Counted from the stretch's first letter, positions 9,073-19,422 are shown. The stretch: 64,000 nucleotides of DNA from an uncultured Actinomycetota bacterium (GCA_963843455.1 CAWJKE010000006.1:5510-69509); one strand, 5' to 3'. Made by a program: numbers and translations. The notes: generated from the letters alone by a model not told the origin.

Positions 9073-11436
9073 CTACTGCCGGGCCATGGCGATTCGCACG
9101 TCGGCTTCGGTATCGGGGATCAGTTCGCCGGATACATCTATGGTGACCCGCTTGATGGTCCCGGTGAAGCGGAACGCGCCCTGGTATTCCTCGGGCGCTG
9201 CCGGTTCGCGGCCGTCGTAGCCGCACGTGAGACCCTGAGTCCCGAACATGGCCAGTACGGAATGGGGCATGTCTATGCCGGCGACCAGCTTGCGGTCGAC
9301 GTAGAGCTGGCATCGGGCCGGCACCCCGTACCCTTGAGCGGGATCGGGCTTTCCGATGGGCTCGAACTCGTAGCGCAATTCGACTTCACCTTCCGGGATC
9401 ACTGCCTCCGACTTGAGCCAGAACTTGTCGCGGCCCAGCCAGTTGTACAGGAAGTAGAGCCTCCGGTCCTTGACGAAGAAGGTATATCCGCCGGTGCGAC
9501 CGCCGAAGGCCAGCAGCACACCCTCCGCACCGCCCTCGGGGATCACAACCTCCGCCGTGATGCTCCAGGGCCGGTTGTACAACTTGGGCGCTGCGGTGAA
9601 CGGGACCGACGCCCCGCCGGGGTACAAGACGAACTTATCCCTGGGCTTGGCGATCGCCGGGCGTTCCACGTTCAGGCGCTCGAACGCGCTTCCGTCGACC
9701 GGCAGTACCTGGTACTTGCCCGCCTCGGCCCACCACCGGCCGACCATCTCGATCAACTTCTCGGGGTGCTCGGCGGCCACGTTGCGGGTTTCGGAGTAAT
9801 CCTCTGCGACGTGATAGAGCTCCCAGGCGTGCGCCTCGATGTCTGCGAGCACGTCGTTGCTGATCTTGTCGCCGAACTTGCGGCCTTTCTGGGCGGCCTC
9901 GGTGAAGGTGGGACCCGGCCAAGGGCAGACCGCCCGCCAGCCGTCGTGGTCTATAGCGCGATGGCCGATCATCTCGAAGTACTGGGTATGGTGATTAGTG
10001 GGCGCAGCCGGGTCGTTGAACGTGTGGGCGAAGCTCACTCCCTCTATCGGCGCTTGGCTGACGCCGCGGACGTTCTGCGGCGCTTCGACGCCCAGAGCTT
10101 CCAACACCGTCGGCACAAAGTCGATGATATGCCCGTATTGCGTCCGCACTTCTCCCCGCGCGTGAATGCCCTGAGGCCACGACACGATGCACGGGTCTGT
10201 GGTTCCGCCCCGATACGTCTCCCGCTTCCAACGGCGGAACGGCGTGTTGCCGGCGTTGGTCCAGGCCCAGGGATAGTGGTTGCAGCTCTCGACGCCGCCC
10301 AATTTGTCGATCATCGCGAGGTTGTCTTCCAGCGATTCCTTGGCGTTGTTGAAGAAGAACATCTCGTTGAGCGAGCCCACCGGCCCCCCCTCGGAGCTGG
10401 CGCCGTTGTCGGAGACGACCATGATGAGCGTGTTGTCAAGCTCGCCGATCTCCTTCAAGAACTCGAGGACACGTCCGAAGTGATGGTCCGTGAAGCTCAC
10501 GAAGCCGGCATAGACCTCCATGAACCGCGCATAGAGCCGCTTCGCGTCGTTCGGCAGAGTCTCCCAGGCGGGCACGTCGGGGTCGTGGGCCGAGAGTTCG
10601 GTGCCCGGGGGGATGATGCCCATGTCGAGTTGGCGCTGGTGGACCATCTCGCGGTACTTGTCCCAGCCCATGTCGAACTTGCCCTTGTACTTGTCCGCCC
10701 ACTCCTTGGGCACGTGGTGCGGAGCGTGGCCGGCGCCTGTGGCGTAGTAAAGGAAGAAGGGCTTGTCCGGCGCGGTGACCTGTGAGTCCTGAATGAACTC
10801 GATGGCCTTGTCGGCCAGGTCGACGCTCAGATGGTAGCCCTCTTCGGGCGACTTGGGCGGCTCGACCTCATGATTGTCGTAGGTCAGTTCCGGATACCAC
10901 TGGTTGGTCTCGCCGCCGACGAAACCGTAGAAGCGCTCGAAGCCGCGGCCGAGGGGCCAGCGGTCGTAGGGTCCCGCCGCCGTCGTGTGCTCCGGCGGCG
11001 TCAGGTGCCACTTGCCGACGCAGAAGGTGTTGTAGCCTTGGGGTAGCAGCATCTCGCTGAGCATGGCCCTGTCGAAGGGCAGGATGCCGTTGTAGCCGGG
11101 ATAGCCGGTGGAGAACTCGGTGATCATCGCCAGCCCGAGCGAGTGGTGATTCCGCCCGGTGAGGATGCAACCCCGCGACGGCGAGCATAACGCCGTAGTG
11201 TGCATGTTTGTGTAACGCAGGCCGTTGGCGGCCAGGCTGTCAATGACCGGCGTGTCGACCAGCCCGCCGAAGCAGGACAACTGCCCGTAGCCCACGTCGT
11301 CCAGCACGAAGAAGAGAACGTTGGGCGCGCCCTCAGGCGGTCGCGGCGGTTCAGGCCAGGCCGGCGAGGACTCTTCGGTGGTGCGTCCGATGACACCCGT
11401 GAACGGGGCACCATCGCTATAGGTCTTGATGGCCAT
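9073..11436 (-). CDS. arylsulfatase (Cys-type, type I sulfatase family) with about 300-aa C-terminal extension
   Basis: 787 aa; LFFVLDDVGYG...TALCSPSRGCILTGRNHH contains canonical C-X-P-X-R FGly motif; GGGAGGA RBS. Confidence 0.9.
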   Translation of the reverse strand: MAIKTYSDGAPFTGVIGRTTEESSPAWPEPPRPPEGAPNVLFFVLDDVGYGQLSCFGGLVDTPVIDSLAANGLRYTNMHTTALCSPSRGCILTGRNHHSLGLAMITEFSTGYPGYNGILPFDRAMLSEMLLPQGYNTFCVGKWHLTPPEHTTAAGPYDRWPLGRGFERFYGFVGGETNQWYPELTYDNHEVEPPKSPEEGYHLSVDLADKAIEFIQDSQVTAPDKPFFLYYATGAGHAPHHVPKEWADKYKGKFDMGWDKYREMVHQRQLDMGIIPPGTELSAHDPDVPAWETLPNDAKRLYARFMEVYAGFVSFTDHHFGRVLEFLKEIGELDNTLIMVVSDNGASSEGGPVGSLNEMFFFNNAKESLEDNLAMIDKLGGVESCNHYPWAWTNAGNTPFRRWKRETYRGGTTDPCIVSWPQGIHARGEVRTQYGHIIDFVPTVLEALGVEAPQNVRGVSQAPIEGVSFAHTFNDPAAPTNHHTQYFEMIGHRAIDHDGWRAVCPWPGPTFTEAAQKGRKFGDKISNDVLADIEAHAWELYHVAEDYSETRNVAAEHPEKLIEMVGRWWAEAGKYQVLPVDGSAFERLNVERPAIAKPRDKFVLYPGGASVPFTAAPKLYNRPWSITAEVVIPEGGAEGVLLAFGGRTGGYTFFVKDRRLYFLYNWLGRDKFWLKSEAVIPEGEVELRYEFEPIGKPDPAQGYGVPARCQLYVDRKLVAGIDMPHSVLAMFGTQGLTCGYDGREPAAPEEYQGAFRFTGTIKRVTIDVSGELIPDTEADVRIAMARQ

Positions 11437-11549
11437 GAGATCCTCCCTGTTCTGTACTGGCCCTTGAGTCTGAGGGATTCGGTGATGCGGCCCTAGCGAC
11501 GCCTCGCGGTCCGCCGGGGGCGGTGGCCGATGGGGTGCGGAATAGCCCC

Positions 11550-13043
11550 TCAGTGCCCCTTGCTGCTCTGCGCTTCCTCCAGTTGGCGCATCACTGCTTC
11601 CAGGTTGAACGACGCCGGCTTCTGGCGAGGCGGGAACTTAACGAAGTCTTCGATCTGCGCCGCCACCAACGCCTGCATGCCGTAGATCATGAAGGCGTGG
11701 TCGAGCATCCAGTCCCAGTAGGTGTTCGAATTCTCGTCGGCCCGCTCGAACGGGTCGCGGCGAAGGTTGAATATCTTGGGCACGCGCAGAGGCACGAATG
11801 GCTCAGCCCAACATTGTAGCCGCGTCGCACGCTGCTCCATAAGCACGGCTTTCCAGTCCAGGTACCGGATGGCCAGGGTGTCCCCGTCATCGCTGATGTA
11901 GAAGAAGAACTTGCGGGGACTCTCCTCGACCTCACCGGTGAGATAGGGGAGCATGTTGTAGCCGTCCAGGTGGACCTTGAAGGTCTTGTCGCCGGCCACG
12001 TGCCCGTCGAGCAGCTTTTCTTTGATGTTCGGATCGCCCGCGACTGCTGCAAAAGTCGCCGCCCAGTCCTGATGAGTGACGATGCCGTTGAGAACGGTGC
12101 CCGCCTTGAACTTGCCGGGCCAGCGCACGAAGGCCGGCACACGCCAGCCGCCTTCCCAGTTGGTGTTCTTCTCGCTGCGGAACGGGGTGATGCCGGCGTC
12201 CGGCCAACTGTTGTAGTGCGGTCCATTGTCCGTGGAGTACATGACGATCGTGTCCTCCGCGATGCCCAGTTCATCGAGCTTGTCCAGCATCCGTCCGATA
12301 TTCTCGTCGTGGGCGACCATCACGTCGTTGTAGTCTCCCTGGCCGCTCTTGCCCTTGTGCTTGTCGGCGCAGTGGGTGCGGAAGTGCATGGCCGACGTGT
12401 TGTACCAGAGGAAGAACGGCGTGCCGGCGCCGTGAGACCGGTCGATGAAATCGAGCGCGTGCTCCGTGACCTCGTCGTCGATGGTCTCCATACGCTTCTT
12501 GGTGAGCGGCCCGGTGTCCACGATCCTCTGTCCACCCTTGCCGTCGGCCCAGCAGTGCAGCACGCCTCTGGGGCCGAAGCGCTGCTTGAAGGCGGGGTCC
12601 TTGGGATAGTCAGGGAGTTCCGGTTCTTCCTCAGCGTTGAGATGGTAGAGGTTGCCGAAGAATTCATCGAAACCGTGCAGGGTGGGCAGGAACTCGTCCT
12701 TGTCGCCCAGGTGGTTCTTGCCGAACTGACCGGTGGTGTAGCCGTGAGGCTTGAGTAGCTCGGCGATGGTGGGATCTTGTGGCTGCAAACCGAGGTCCGC
12801 TCCGGGCATCCCAACCTTGGTCAGGCCGGTGCGAATGGGATTCTGGCCGGTGATGAAGGCCGCGCGTCCGGCGGTACAGCTCTGCTGGCCGTAGTAGTCG
12901 GTGAAGGCGATGCCTTCGTTGCCGATCCGGTCGATGTTGGGCGTCCGATAGCCCATCTGGCCCCGGCTGTTGTAGCTGATGTTCCACCATCCGATGTCGT
13001 CTCCCCACAAGATGAGAATGTTCGGCTTCCGCTGCTCTGCCAT
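11550..13043 (-). CDS. sulfatase (Cys-type, variant C-X-A-X-R motif)
   Basis: 497 aa; ILILWGDDIGWWN...QQSCTAGRAAFITGQNP: sulfatase signature with Ala instead of Pro at +2; GGGGGAG RBS. Confidence 0.85.
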   Translation of the reverse strand: MAEQRKPNILILWGDDIGWWNISYNSRGQMGYRTPNIDRIGNEGIAFTDYYGQQSCTAGRAAFITGQNPIRTGLTKVGMPGADLGLQPQDPTIAELLKPHGYTTGQFGKNHLGDKDEFLPTLHGFDEFFGNLYHLNAEEEPELPDYPKDPAFKQRFGPRGVLHCWADGKGGQRIVDTGPLTKKRMETIDDEVTEHALDFIDRSHGAGTPFFLWYNTSAMHFRTHCADKHKGKSGQGDYNDVMVAHDENIGRMLDKLDELGIAEDTIVMYSTDNGPHYNSWPDAGITPFRSEKNTNWEGGWRVPAFVRWPGKFKAGTVLNGIVTHQDWAATFAAVAGDPNIKEKLLDGHVAGDKTFKVHLDGYNMLPYLTGEVEESPRKFFFYISDDGDTLAIRYLDWKAVLMEQRATRLQCWAEPFVPLRVPKIFNLRRDPFERADENSNTYWDWMLDHAFMIYGMQALVAAQIEDFVKFPPRQKPASFNLEAVMRQLEEAQSSKGH

Positions 13044-13195
13044 CGTGGTCTCCCCCTTGAACGCAGAATCACTGCAAGACGCGAAACTCTCGCCACTAGG
13101 GCGACTAATCCGATGCCAATATCCATCTTACACGCGGGACAGGCGCCACCGCGGCGATCGGTGCCGAGAGCCCCCGTCTCGACCCATTTACTCGG

Positions 13196-14470
13196 TCACA
13201 CCCCGTGGCACCTCTTGAACTTCTGGCCACTACCACAGGGGCAGAGGTCGTTACGCCCGGCCCGGGCGAATGCCGCCGCAAGTTGTTGGTCTTCTTTGGC
13301 CAGCACGGCCGTGACCCCGTCGGCCGGCAGGCCCCGCCTGAGAAGGTCGGCCATGATCCGCATCGGGTGTTCGGTGTGGGCGAAGAACTCCTGGAGCCCC
13401 TCGCACAGCCAGTTGAGACCTGGTTCGCCCTCAAGCGTGGTGAGGACCCGGTTCTTGGGGCACTCTCCGTTACAGGTGAACAGCCAGCGGCACTCACGGC
13501 AGAGACCGGGGAGCGAGTCCGCCTTGGCCGCGCCGAAACCCCGCTGCCTCTCTGAATCGAGCAAGTCGCCGAGGGGCGCTTCCAGGATGTTGCCCAGCAG
13601 GTAATTCGGCTCCACGTAGTGATCGCAAGAATAGACGTCGCCGTTGTGCTCGAGCGCCACTCCCTCGCCACACGTGGGGCTGAGCACGCACACGCTCGAG
13701 TAGCCGCGCACATAGGAGGCCAGGACGCCGTCAAAGAACAGAACGAAGGTCTTGCCTACATCCCGGCGGACCCACTCGTCGAAGATCTCCATCAGGAAGC
13801 GCCCGTACTGCGCCCCTTCGACCGAGCGGTCGGTGATGGACGTCCCCTCCTGATCGCCTGTCTCGTTGTCGCGCTCGACGATGGGGATGAACTGGATGTA
13901 GTGGGCGTCGAGGTCATCACGGAAGAAGTGGTAGACCTCAAGGGAGTGGTGGCTGTTCACCGCGTTCACCGTGCAGAGGATGTTGAACTCCACCTGATGC
14001 TTCTGAAGCAGCCGGACGGCGGCGACGACCTTGTCGAAAACCGAGCCGCCCCGCCTGTCCCGCCGATAGGCGTCGTGCAAGTCGCGGGGTCCATCCAAGC
14101 TCAGCCCGACCAGAAACTTCTCGTCGTGTAAGAACTCACACCATTCGTCGTCCAGAAGTACGCCGTTGGTCTGGAAGGTGTTCTCCACCGTCACGCCGGG
14201 CGGCGCGTACCGCCTCTCCAGCTCCACAGCTCTGCGGAAGAAGCCAACACCCATGAGTGTCGGCTCGCCACCCTGCCAGGCGATGGTGACCTCGGGAACC
14301 TGATGCGCCTCGATGGTCTGCCGGATGTAGGCTTCGAGCACCTGTTCCGACATCCGGAAGGCGCTGCCCGGATAAAGCCGCTCCTTCTTCAGAAAGAAGC
14401 AGTAGGCGCAGTCGAGGTTGCAGCGCGCGCCTGTAGGCTTAGCCATGGTATGAAAAGCGCGAGGGGTCAC
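13196..14470 (-). CDS. anaerobic sulfatase-maturating enzyme (radical SAM, SPASM domain)
   Basis: 424 aa; AKPTGARCNLDCAYCFF CxxxCxxC radical-SAM motif, GGEPTLMG, C-terminal Cys clusters of SPASM type; C-terminal CPCGSGQKFKRCHG SEC-C-like motif; alternative ATG start at 14446. Confidence 0.85.
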   Translation of the reverse strand: MTPRAFHTMAKPTGARCNLDCAYCFFLKKERLYPGSAFRMSEQVLEAYIRQTIEAHQVPEVTIAWQGGEPTLMGVGFFRRAVELERRYAPPGVTVENTFQTNGVLLDDEWCEFLHDEKFLVGLSLDGPRDLHDAYRRDRRGGSVFDKVVAAVRLLQKHQVEFNILCTVNAVNSHHSLEVYHFFRDDLDAHYIQFIPIVERDNETGDQEGTSITDRSVEGAQYGRFLMEIFDEWVRRDVGKTFVLFFDGVLASYVRGYSSVCVLSPTCGEGVALEHNGDVYSCDHYVEPNYLLGNILEAPLGDLLDSERQRGFGAAKADSLPGLCRECRWLFTCNGECPKNRVLTTLEGEPGLNWLCEGLQEFFAHTEHPMRIMADLLRRGLPADGVTAVLAKEDQQLAAAFARAGRNDLCPCGSGQKFKRCHGV

Positions 14471-14505
14471 TGGCTCATTCTACCTGCTGCCGTGCCGCGC
14501 TTCTG

Positions 14506-15333
14506 CTACGGGGCGTTCTGTGCCCCTAGAGTCTTGCGCAGGGCTTCAAGCTCCGCTCGGATGGCCCGCAACTCGTCCTGGAGTTCGGCCGGCGGAGCAG
14601 CGGACAGCCTGGAGGACGGCTCGAGGGAGGGCTCCGTCGGCTCCTCGGCGGCCTCCGGTTCTGAAGGGGCGACCAGGAAGCTTGCCAGGATGCTGGCCAG
14701 GGCTCCGATGATACCCACGCCCATGAACATCACGAAGATCGCGGTTGTGCGCCCCCCCATCGTCAGCGGGAACTTGTCGCCGTAGCCGACCGTGGTCAGC
14801 GTCACGATGGCCCACCACAGGGCATCCCCTCCGCTCTTGATGTTGGCGTCCGCCGCACCGCTTTCGAAGGCCAACACCACGATGCTCGCCACTACAAGCA
14901 CGACGGCAGCGGCCATGATGGTGATGAAAGCCGCATACTGCCCCCGGTGGGCGAGCACGTCTGCCGTGATCTCCTTCTTCTTCTTACCGCCCAGAAGGCG
15001 CATGACGCGCGCCAAGCGGCTAAGCCTCGCCAGTCGTAGGATCGCCCCGAACGGGACGAGCCCAAAGCTGGGGATGGAGCCGATGAGGTCGAGCCAACCA
15101 CGCTCGCCGATGAAGTACTGCCGCTTGGTGGAAGCCCGCTTCAATCTGAGGGCGAAATCGAAGAGAAAGACAAAACAGATTACGTTGTCGTAGACCGATA
15201 GAGCGTCATGGGTCGCCTCGGACAGCGGCAGTACAAGCATGACCATGATGGCGAGCGAGAGCAAAGTGAGTACGAGGACGAACATCTCATAGGCGTTGCT
15301 GAACTCTGCGCTCTGCTTCGTATCGTCGCTCAC
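14506..15333 (-). CDS. voltage-gated-type potassium channel (Ion_trans)
   Basis: Selectivity filter TLTTVGYGDKFP, 6 TM architecture, coiled-coil C-terminus; GTG start after GGAGGAGAG (track starts 15351). Confidence 0.7.
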   Translation of the reverse strand: MSDDTKQSAEFSNAYEMFVLVLTLLSLAIMVMLVLPLSEATHDALSVYDNVICFVFLFDFALRLKRASTKRQYFIGERGWLDLIGSIPSFGLVPFGAILRLARLSRLARVMRLLGGKKKKEITADVLAHRGQYAAFITIMAAAVVLVVASIVVLAFESGAADANIKSGGDALWWAIVTLTTVGYGDKFPLTMGGRTTAIFVMFMGVGIIGALASILASFLVAPSEPEAAEEPTEPSLEPSSRLSAAPPAELQDELRAIRAELEALRKTLGAQNAP

Positions 15334-15440
15334 TGTTCGGCTCTCCTCCAATGCGGTCCTAGTCCCGGAAGCACAATATCAAGACTGAGTGATAGTGTTG
15401 CCGGTGGCTACCGAGCGACGGGCGATCAAGCGGGGCAAGA

Positions 15441-16220
15441 ATGAGCCAACCTTTTGACCATCTTCCACTGTGGGCCGTCTACCCCCTGACGGTGGTGCTG
15501 ATGCTGGCGGCCGTGGAGGCGGGCTATCACTACGGCAAGGCAAGACGTCGGGCGGTTGCCGAGGGATCGGACGAGGGACTCGGCGCCATCTCCGGGGCCA
15601 CTCTTGCGATACTGGCCTTTCTACTCGCGTTCGTGATCGGCTTCGGCATGAATCTCAACGGCGATCGCCGCGCTCTGGTCATCGATGAGGCGAACGCCAT
15701 CCGCAGCACCTACCTGAGGGCCGGTTATCTCGTGGATCCCTATCGGACCGACACGCGGGATCTGCTGAGCCAATATCTTGATCAGAGGGTGGCCGCGACA
15801 CAGCCGGGAAAGGTGGAGCAGGCCAAGCTCCGCTCGGAACAGATACAAGGGCAGTTGTGGGCCGTCGCGGAGAAGTACGTCCTTGACGTCGACAAGTCGG
15901 ACACCGTCAGCGCTTACGTCGATTCGCTGGACCAGGTGATTGCCCTGCACAACGAACGAGTGGTCAAGGGCCTGCAGGCACGCATGCCGCCGCCCATCGT
16001 GTGGGCGATGTACGCCATCAGCCTGATAGCCATGTTCTTGGCCGGCATGCAGAGCGGATACGCTCCGCACCGCAGCATCGCGGCCCTCGTCCTGATGGTC
16101 TTGGTCTTCTCGGCCGTCTTGTACCTGGTGCTCGACATGGATCGTTCTCAGGAGGGCCTGATAAGGATCTCCCAGCAGCCGTTGATCGACCTTCAGAGCG
16201 TCATGGGCGGCCTGCCCTGA
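15441..16220 (+). CDS. DUF4239-like membrane protein (hypothetical)
   Basis: 259 aa, two N-terminal and two C-terminal TM helices with soluble middle; family assignment from memory only. Confidence 0.4.
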   Translation: MSQPFDHLPLWAVYPLTVVLMLAAVEAGYHYGKARRRAVAEGSDEGLGAISGATLAILAFLLAFVIGFGMNLNGDRRALVIDEANAIRSTYLRAGYLVDPYRTDTRDLLSQYLDQRVAATQPGKVEQAKLRSEQIQGQLWAVAEKYVLDVDKSDTVSAYVDSLDQVIALHNERVVKGLQARMPPPIVWAMYAISLIAMFLAGMQSGYAPHRSIAALVLMVLVFSAVLYLVLDMDRSQEGLIRISQQPLIDLQSVMGGLP

Positions 16221-16291
16221 GACCGCTGATCGACCGAGTCGAGACTGCGACCTCGAGGAGGGAGATCATCAGGTCGTCTCGCTACCTGCCT

Positions 16292-17197
16292 TTGATAGCC
16301 CTAGGCACGCTCCCCCTCATTTGGGGGTTCAGTTGGGTGCCGCTCAAGATCGGCGTCGAGTACTGCCCTCCGTTCACCTTCGCGGCGCTGCGCAGCCTGC
16401 CTGGCGCCATCCTTCTGCTTGCGCTGGCTGCCATCCTCCGACGTCCACTGGGGCTGAAAGCTCCCAGATACACCATTCCGCTGGGTATTCTCCAGACAAG
16501 CGGGTTCATTGGACTCACCATAGCCGCCCTGGTGGCCGGCGGGGCCGGCCGCACGGCCATCCTCGCGAACACCTGGCAATTCTGGATACTGCTGATGGCC
16601 TGGCCTATCTTGGACGAGAGGCTGCACGGGTCACAGTGGCTCTCAGTTGCGCTGGCCCTGGCCGGTCTTGTCCTGATCGTCGCGCCCTGGAATCTCCACG
16701 GCATCGTGAGCAGCCTGCTGGCTCTGGCGGGCGCGGTCTGCTGGGCGGCGGGATCGATCGTCGCGAAACTCCTCCGGCGGCGGCACCAGGTGGATCTGCT
16801 GGCGCTGACGGGCTGGCAGACGCTCTTTGGGTCGATCCTGCTCGTACTCGTGGCGGTCTTCGTCGAGGGCGAATCGCCCGAGTGGTCGAGCGCCTTCATC
16901 TGGTCGCTCCTGTATGCCTTGCTGGTTGGGACCTGTCTCGCATCGTTCCTGTGGCTGTACGTTCTGCGCGAGATGCCGGCCAGCATCGCTGGTCTGGGGA
17001 CCATGGCGACGCCTGTGGTGGGTCTGCTCTTTTCTTGGGCCCTTTTGGGCGAGCAGCCTACCGGCCTCGAGGTCGTGGGGATGGTCGCTATCCTGGCAGG
17101 CTCGGCGCTCCTGTTTGCACGGGCCGTGCGCGATGATCCCGGCGTGTCCGCCCCGCCGGCCGTCGCAGGGCGGGGCGGACAGGCGGGTTCCCCCTAG
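16292..17197 (+). CDS. EamA/DMT-family transporter
   Basis: 10 TM helices in two EamA repeats (LIALGTLPLIWGFSWVPLKIG...); start uncertain (TTG 16292 chosen; track ORF extends to 16001 over previous gene). Confidence 0.65.
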   Translation: MIALGTLPLIWGFSWVPLKIGVEYCPPFTFAALRSLPGAILLLALAAILRRPLGLKAPRYTIPLGILQTSGFIGLTIAALVAGGAGRTAILANTWQFWILLMAWPILDERLHGSQWLSVALALAGLVLIVAPWNLHGIVSSLLALAGAVCWAAGSIVAKLLRRRHQVDLLALTGWQTLFGSILLVLVAVFVEGESPEWSSAFIWSLLYALLVGTCLASFLWLYVLREMPASIAGLGTMATPVVGLLFSWALLGEQPTGLEVVGMVAILAGSALLFARAVRDDPGVSAPPAVAGRGGQAGSP

Positions 17198-18900
17198 CCC
17201 AAAGGTTCGGCGAAGTCCTCCGACAAGATCGCCCGCGACAGGAATCCTCCCGAGAGATCTCGTGCTTTGAACCCATTCTGCAGCAAAATGCGGGTGGCAT
17301 AGTAGGCCCGCTGGCCCGAGCGGCAGATCACCAGGATCTCCCGGTCGCGCGGCAGCTCATCCAGACGAGAGCGAAGCTGACCCAGCGGGATGTTCACCGC
17401 GTCCGGCGCCTGCTCAACCGCCAGTTCCGCCGGCTCCCGCACGTCGAGTAGGAAGGCTCCATCGATCGAGTCCCAGTGGCTCAGCGGCATGTCGCCTCTG
17501 AGGACGTCAGCCGCCACCATGCCGGCGAAGTTCACGGGATCCTTCGCGCTTCCGAACGGAGGCGCGTAGCAGAGTTCCGCTTCTTCCAGGTCGTAGATCG
17601 TTGCGCGCATCTGCAGTGCCATGGCCAAGACGTCTATCCGCTTGTCGACGCCGTCCTCGCCGAGCGCCTGCGCTCCCAGCAGGCGCCCATCGGACTTCCT
17701 AAAGATGACCTTCATCGCGATGGGCTTGGCGCCCGGGTAGTAACCGGCATGGGAGTTCGGGTAGATGTAGATCTTCTCGTAGTCGACCGCGCCCCGCCGC
17801 TGCAGCGTCTTTTCGGAGACGCCGGTCCAGGCGATGGTCGCCCCGAACAGTCCGATGACCGAAGTCCCCTGAGTGCCTCGATAACGGGAGTCACGCCCCG
17901 CGATGACGTCCGCGGCGATGCGGCCCTGCCGGTTGGCCGGTCCGGCAAGCGCCACCAGTCCCCACTCGCCCGTGACGTAGTCCTTCACTTCGACCACGTC
18001 GCCCACGGCGAAGATATCCGGATCGCTCGTCTGCATGTGCTCGTCCACGCGGATGCCGCCCCGTTCCCCCAGCTCCAGCCCCGCCGTTTTCGCCAATGCG
18101 GTGTCGGGGCGCACGCCGAGCGAGAGGATCACGATGTCGGCCGGATGGACCGCTCCTGACCTGGTCTCCACCTCGAGGCCGCCGTCGGTGGTCGGTCTGA
18201 ATCCGGCCACGCCGTCGCTCAGCGCCAGTCGCACGCCGTGCTTCTTGAGGTGCGCTTCGACGATCCGCGCGTTCTCCGGATCGATCGGGGGAAGGACGTG
18301 GTCGAGCATCTCCAGCAGCGTCACCTCGAGGCCACGTTGCACCAGGTTCTCCGCGGTCTCAAGGCCGATAAAACCGCCTCCCACCACGACCGCCCGGACC
18401 TTGGGCCGCTTCACCTGGTAGCTAGAATAGGCGCTCATGCCCGCCAGGAACCCGCTGCCCCTTTCGAGCCATTCGCGGATCTGCCTTGCATCGGGTACAG
18501 TGCGCAACTGAAAGATCCCCGGCAGGTCGATGCCTGGAAGCGGTGGGCGGATGGACACCGCTCCGGGTGACAGCACCAACTTGTCGTACGCTTCGGTGAT
18601 CACCTGGCCAGTCTCGAGATCCTTCAGATCCACGGTCTTTTTGTCGGGCGAGATGCCCACGGCCTCCCAACTCGTCCGCGCGTCGATCCCGAACGTCGTG
18701 CGGAAAGTCGCAGCGCTGGCCACAAGGAGCTTCGCCTCGTCAGCGATCACGCCCCCGACGTGGTAGGGCAACCCGCAATTGGCGTAAGACATGTATCGGC
18801 CGCGCTCCACCATCAAGATCTCGGCAGTCTCGTCCAGCCGGCGGAGGCGCGCCGCGCACGAGGCTCCCCCGGCCACTCCACCTACGATGATGACCTTCAC
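17194..18900 (-). CDS. CoA-disulfide reductase / NADH-dependent persulfide reductase family (pyridine-nucleotide-disulfide oxidoreductase with C-terminal rhodanese domain)
   Basis: 568 aa; KVIIVGGVAGGASCA FAD fold, active-site Cys in YANCGLPY, C-terminal rhodanese domain with ICRSGQRAYYA; GAAGGAGA RBS. Confidence 0.85.
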   Translation of the reverse strand: MKVIIVGGVAGGASCAARLRRLDETAEILMVERGRYMSYANCGLPYHVGGVIADEAKLLVASAATFRTTFGIDARTSWEAVGISPDKKTVDLKDLETGQVITEAYDKLVLSPGAVSIRPPLPGIDLPGIFQLRTVPDARQIREWLERGSGFLAGMSAYSSYQVKRPKVRAVVVGGGFIGLETAENLVQRGLEVTLLEMLDHVLPPIDPENARIVEAHLKKHGVRLALSDGVAGFRPTTDGGLEVETRSGAVHPADIVILSLGVRPDTALAKTAGLELGERGGIRVDEHMQTSDPDIFAVGDVVEVKDYVTGEWGLVALAGPANRQGRIAADVIAGRDSRYRGTQGTSVIGLFGATIAWTGVSEKTLQRRGAVDYEKIYIYPNSHAGYYPGAKPIAMKVIFRKSDGRLLGAQALGEDGVDKRIDVLAMALQMRATIYDLEEAELCYAPPFGSAKDPVNFAGMVAADVLRGDMPLSHWDSIDGAFLLDVREPAELAVEQAPDAVNIPLGQLRSRLDELPRDREILVICRSGQRAYYATRILLQNGFKARDLSGGFLSRAILSEDFAEPLG

Positions 18901-19415
18901 GGCTGTCTCCTTCCCATCTGTCTGATGATGTCCTCGACGATCCGATCCACCGGTAGCGCGGCGTCAATTGTCAGCGCTTCGGCAGGTTCCTCCAGGTCCT
19001 CGAACTGGCTCTTGAGCAACTCCGCTCTCATGTAGTGCCCGGTGCGGGCGGCCATGCGCGGCAGGATCAGTTCATAGTTGCCCCTCAGGTAGACGACCTC
19101 AGTCTCTGAGTTCCCCGCCAGCAGCGCTTGCCGGTAGCGTTCCTTGAGGGCGGAGCACGCTAGGACACCGGGAGTCTGGCGTGCCAGGCACGAAGCTATC
19201 AAGTCGTGCAGAGAGCACAGCCACGGGGCCCGATCGTCGTCGTCGAGAGCGATGCCCGCAGCCATCTTGGCTACGTTCTCCGGCGGGTGGAAGTCGTCCG
19301 CTTCGTAGAAGTCCCATCTCAGGCGTAGCGCCAACGCCCGACCCACCGTGCTTTTGCCGGACCCCGACACGCCCATAACGATGAGAAAGCGCGGGCTCGA
19401 GATGTGCTGCGACAA
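18897..19415 (-). CDS. gntK: gluconokinase (GntK, shikimate-kinase-like P-loop kinase)
   Basis: P-loop VMGVSGSGKSTVG and GntK-like downstream motifs; start placed at TTG 19415 just after upstream stop (track start 19484 overlaps upstream gene by 62 nt); alternative ATG 19376. Confidence 0.7.
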   Translation of the reverse strand: MSQHISSPRFLIVMGVSGSGKSTVGRALALRLRWDFYEADDFHPPENVAKMAAGIALDDDDRAPWLCSLHDLIASCLARQTPGVLACSALKERYRQALLAGNSETEVVYLRGNYELILPRMAARTGHYMRAELLKSQFEDLEEPAEALTIDAALPVDRIVEDIIRQMGRRQP

Positions 19416-19422
19416 CGACGGC

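Noticed and set aside
11970-12758. 262-aa plus-strand ORF
   Set aside because: Antisense shadow ORF inside the sulfatase gene 11550..13043.
9073-14470. Possible mobile or horizontally acquired sulfatase island
   Set aside because: No flanking repeats, transposase, integrase or compositional break are visible. GC and codon style match the neighbours.
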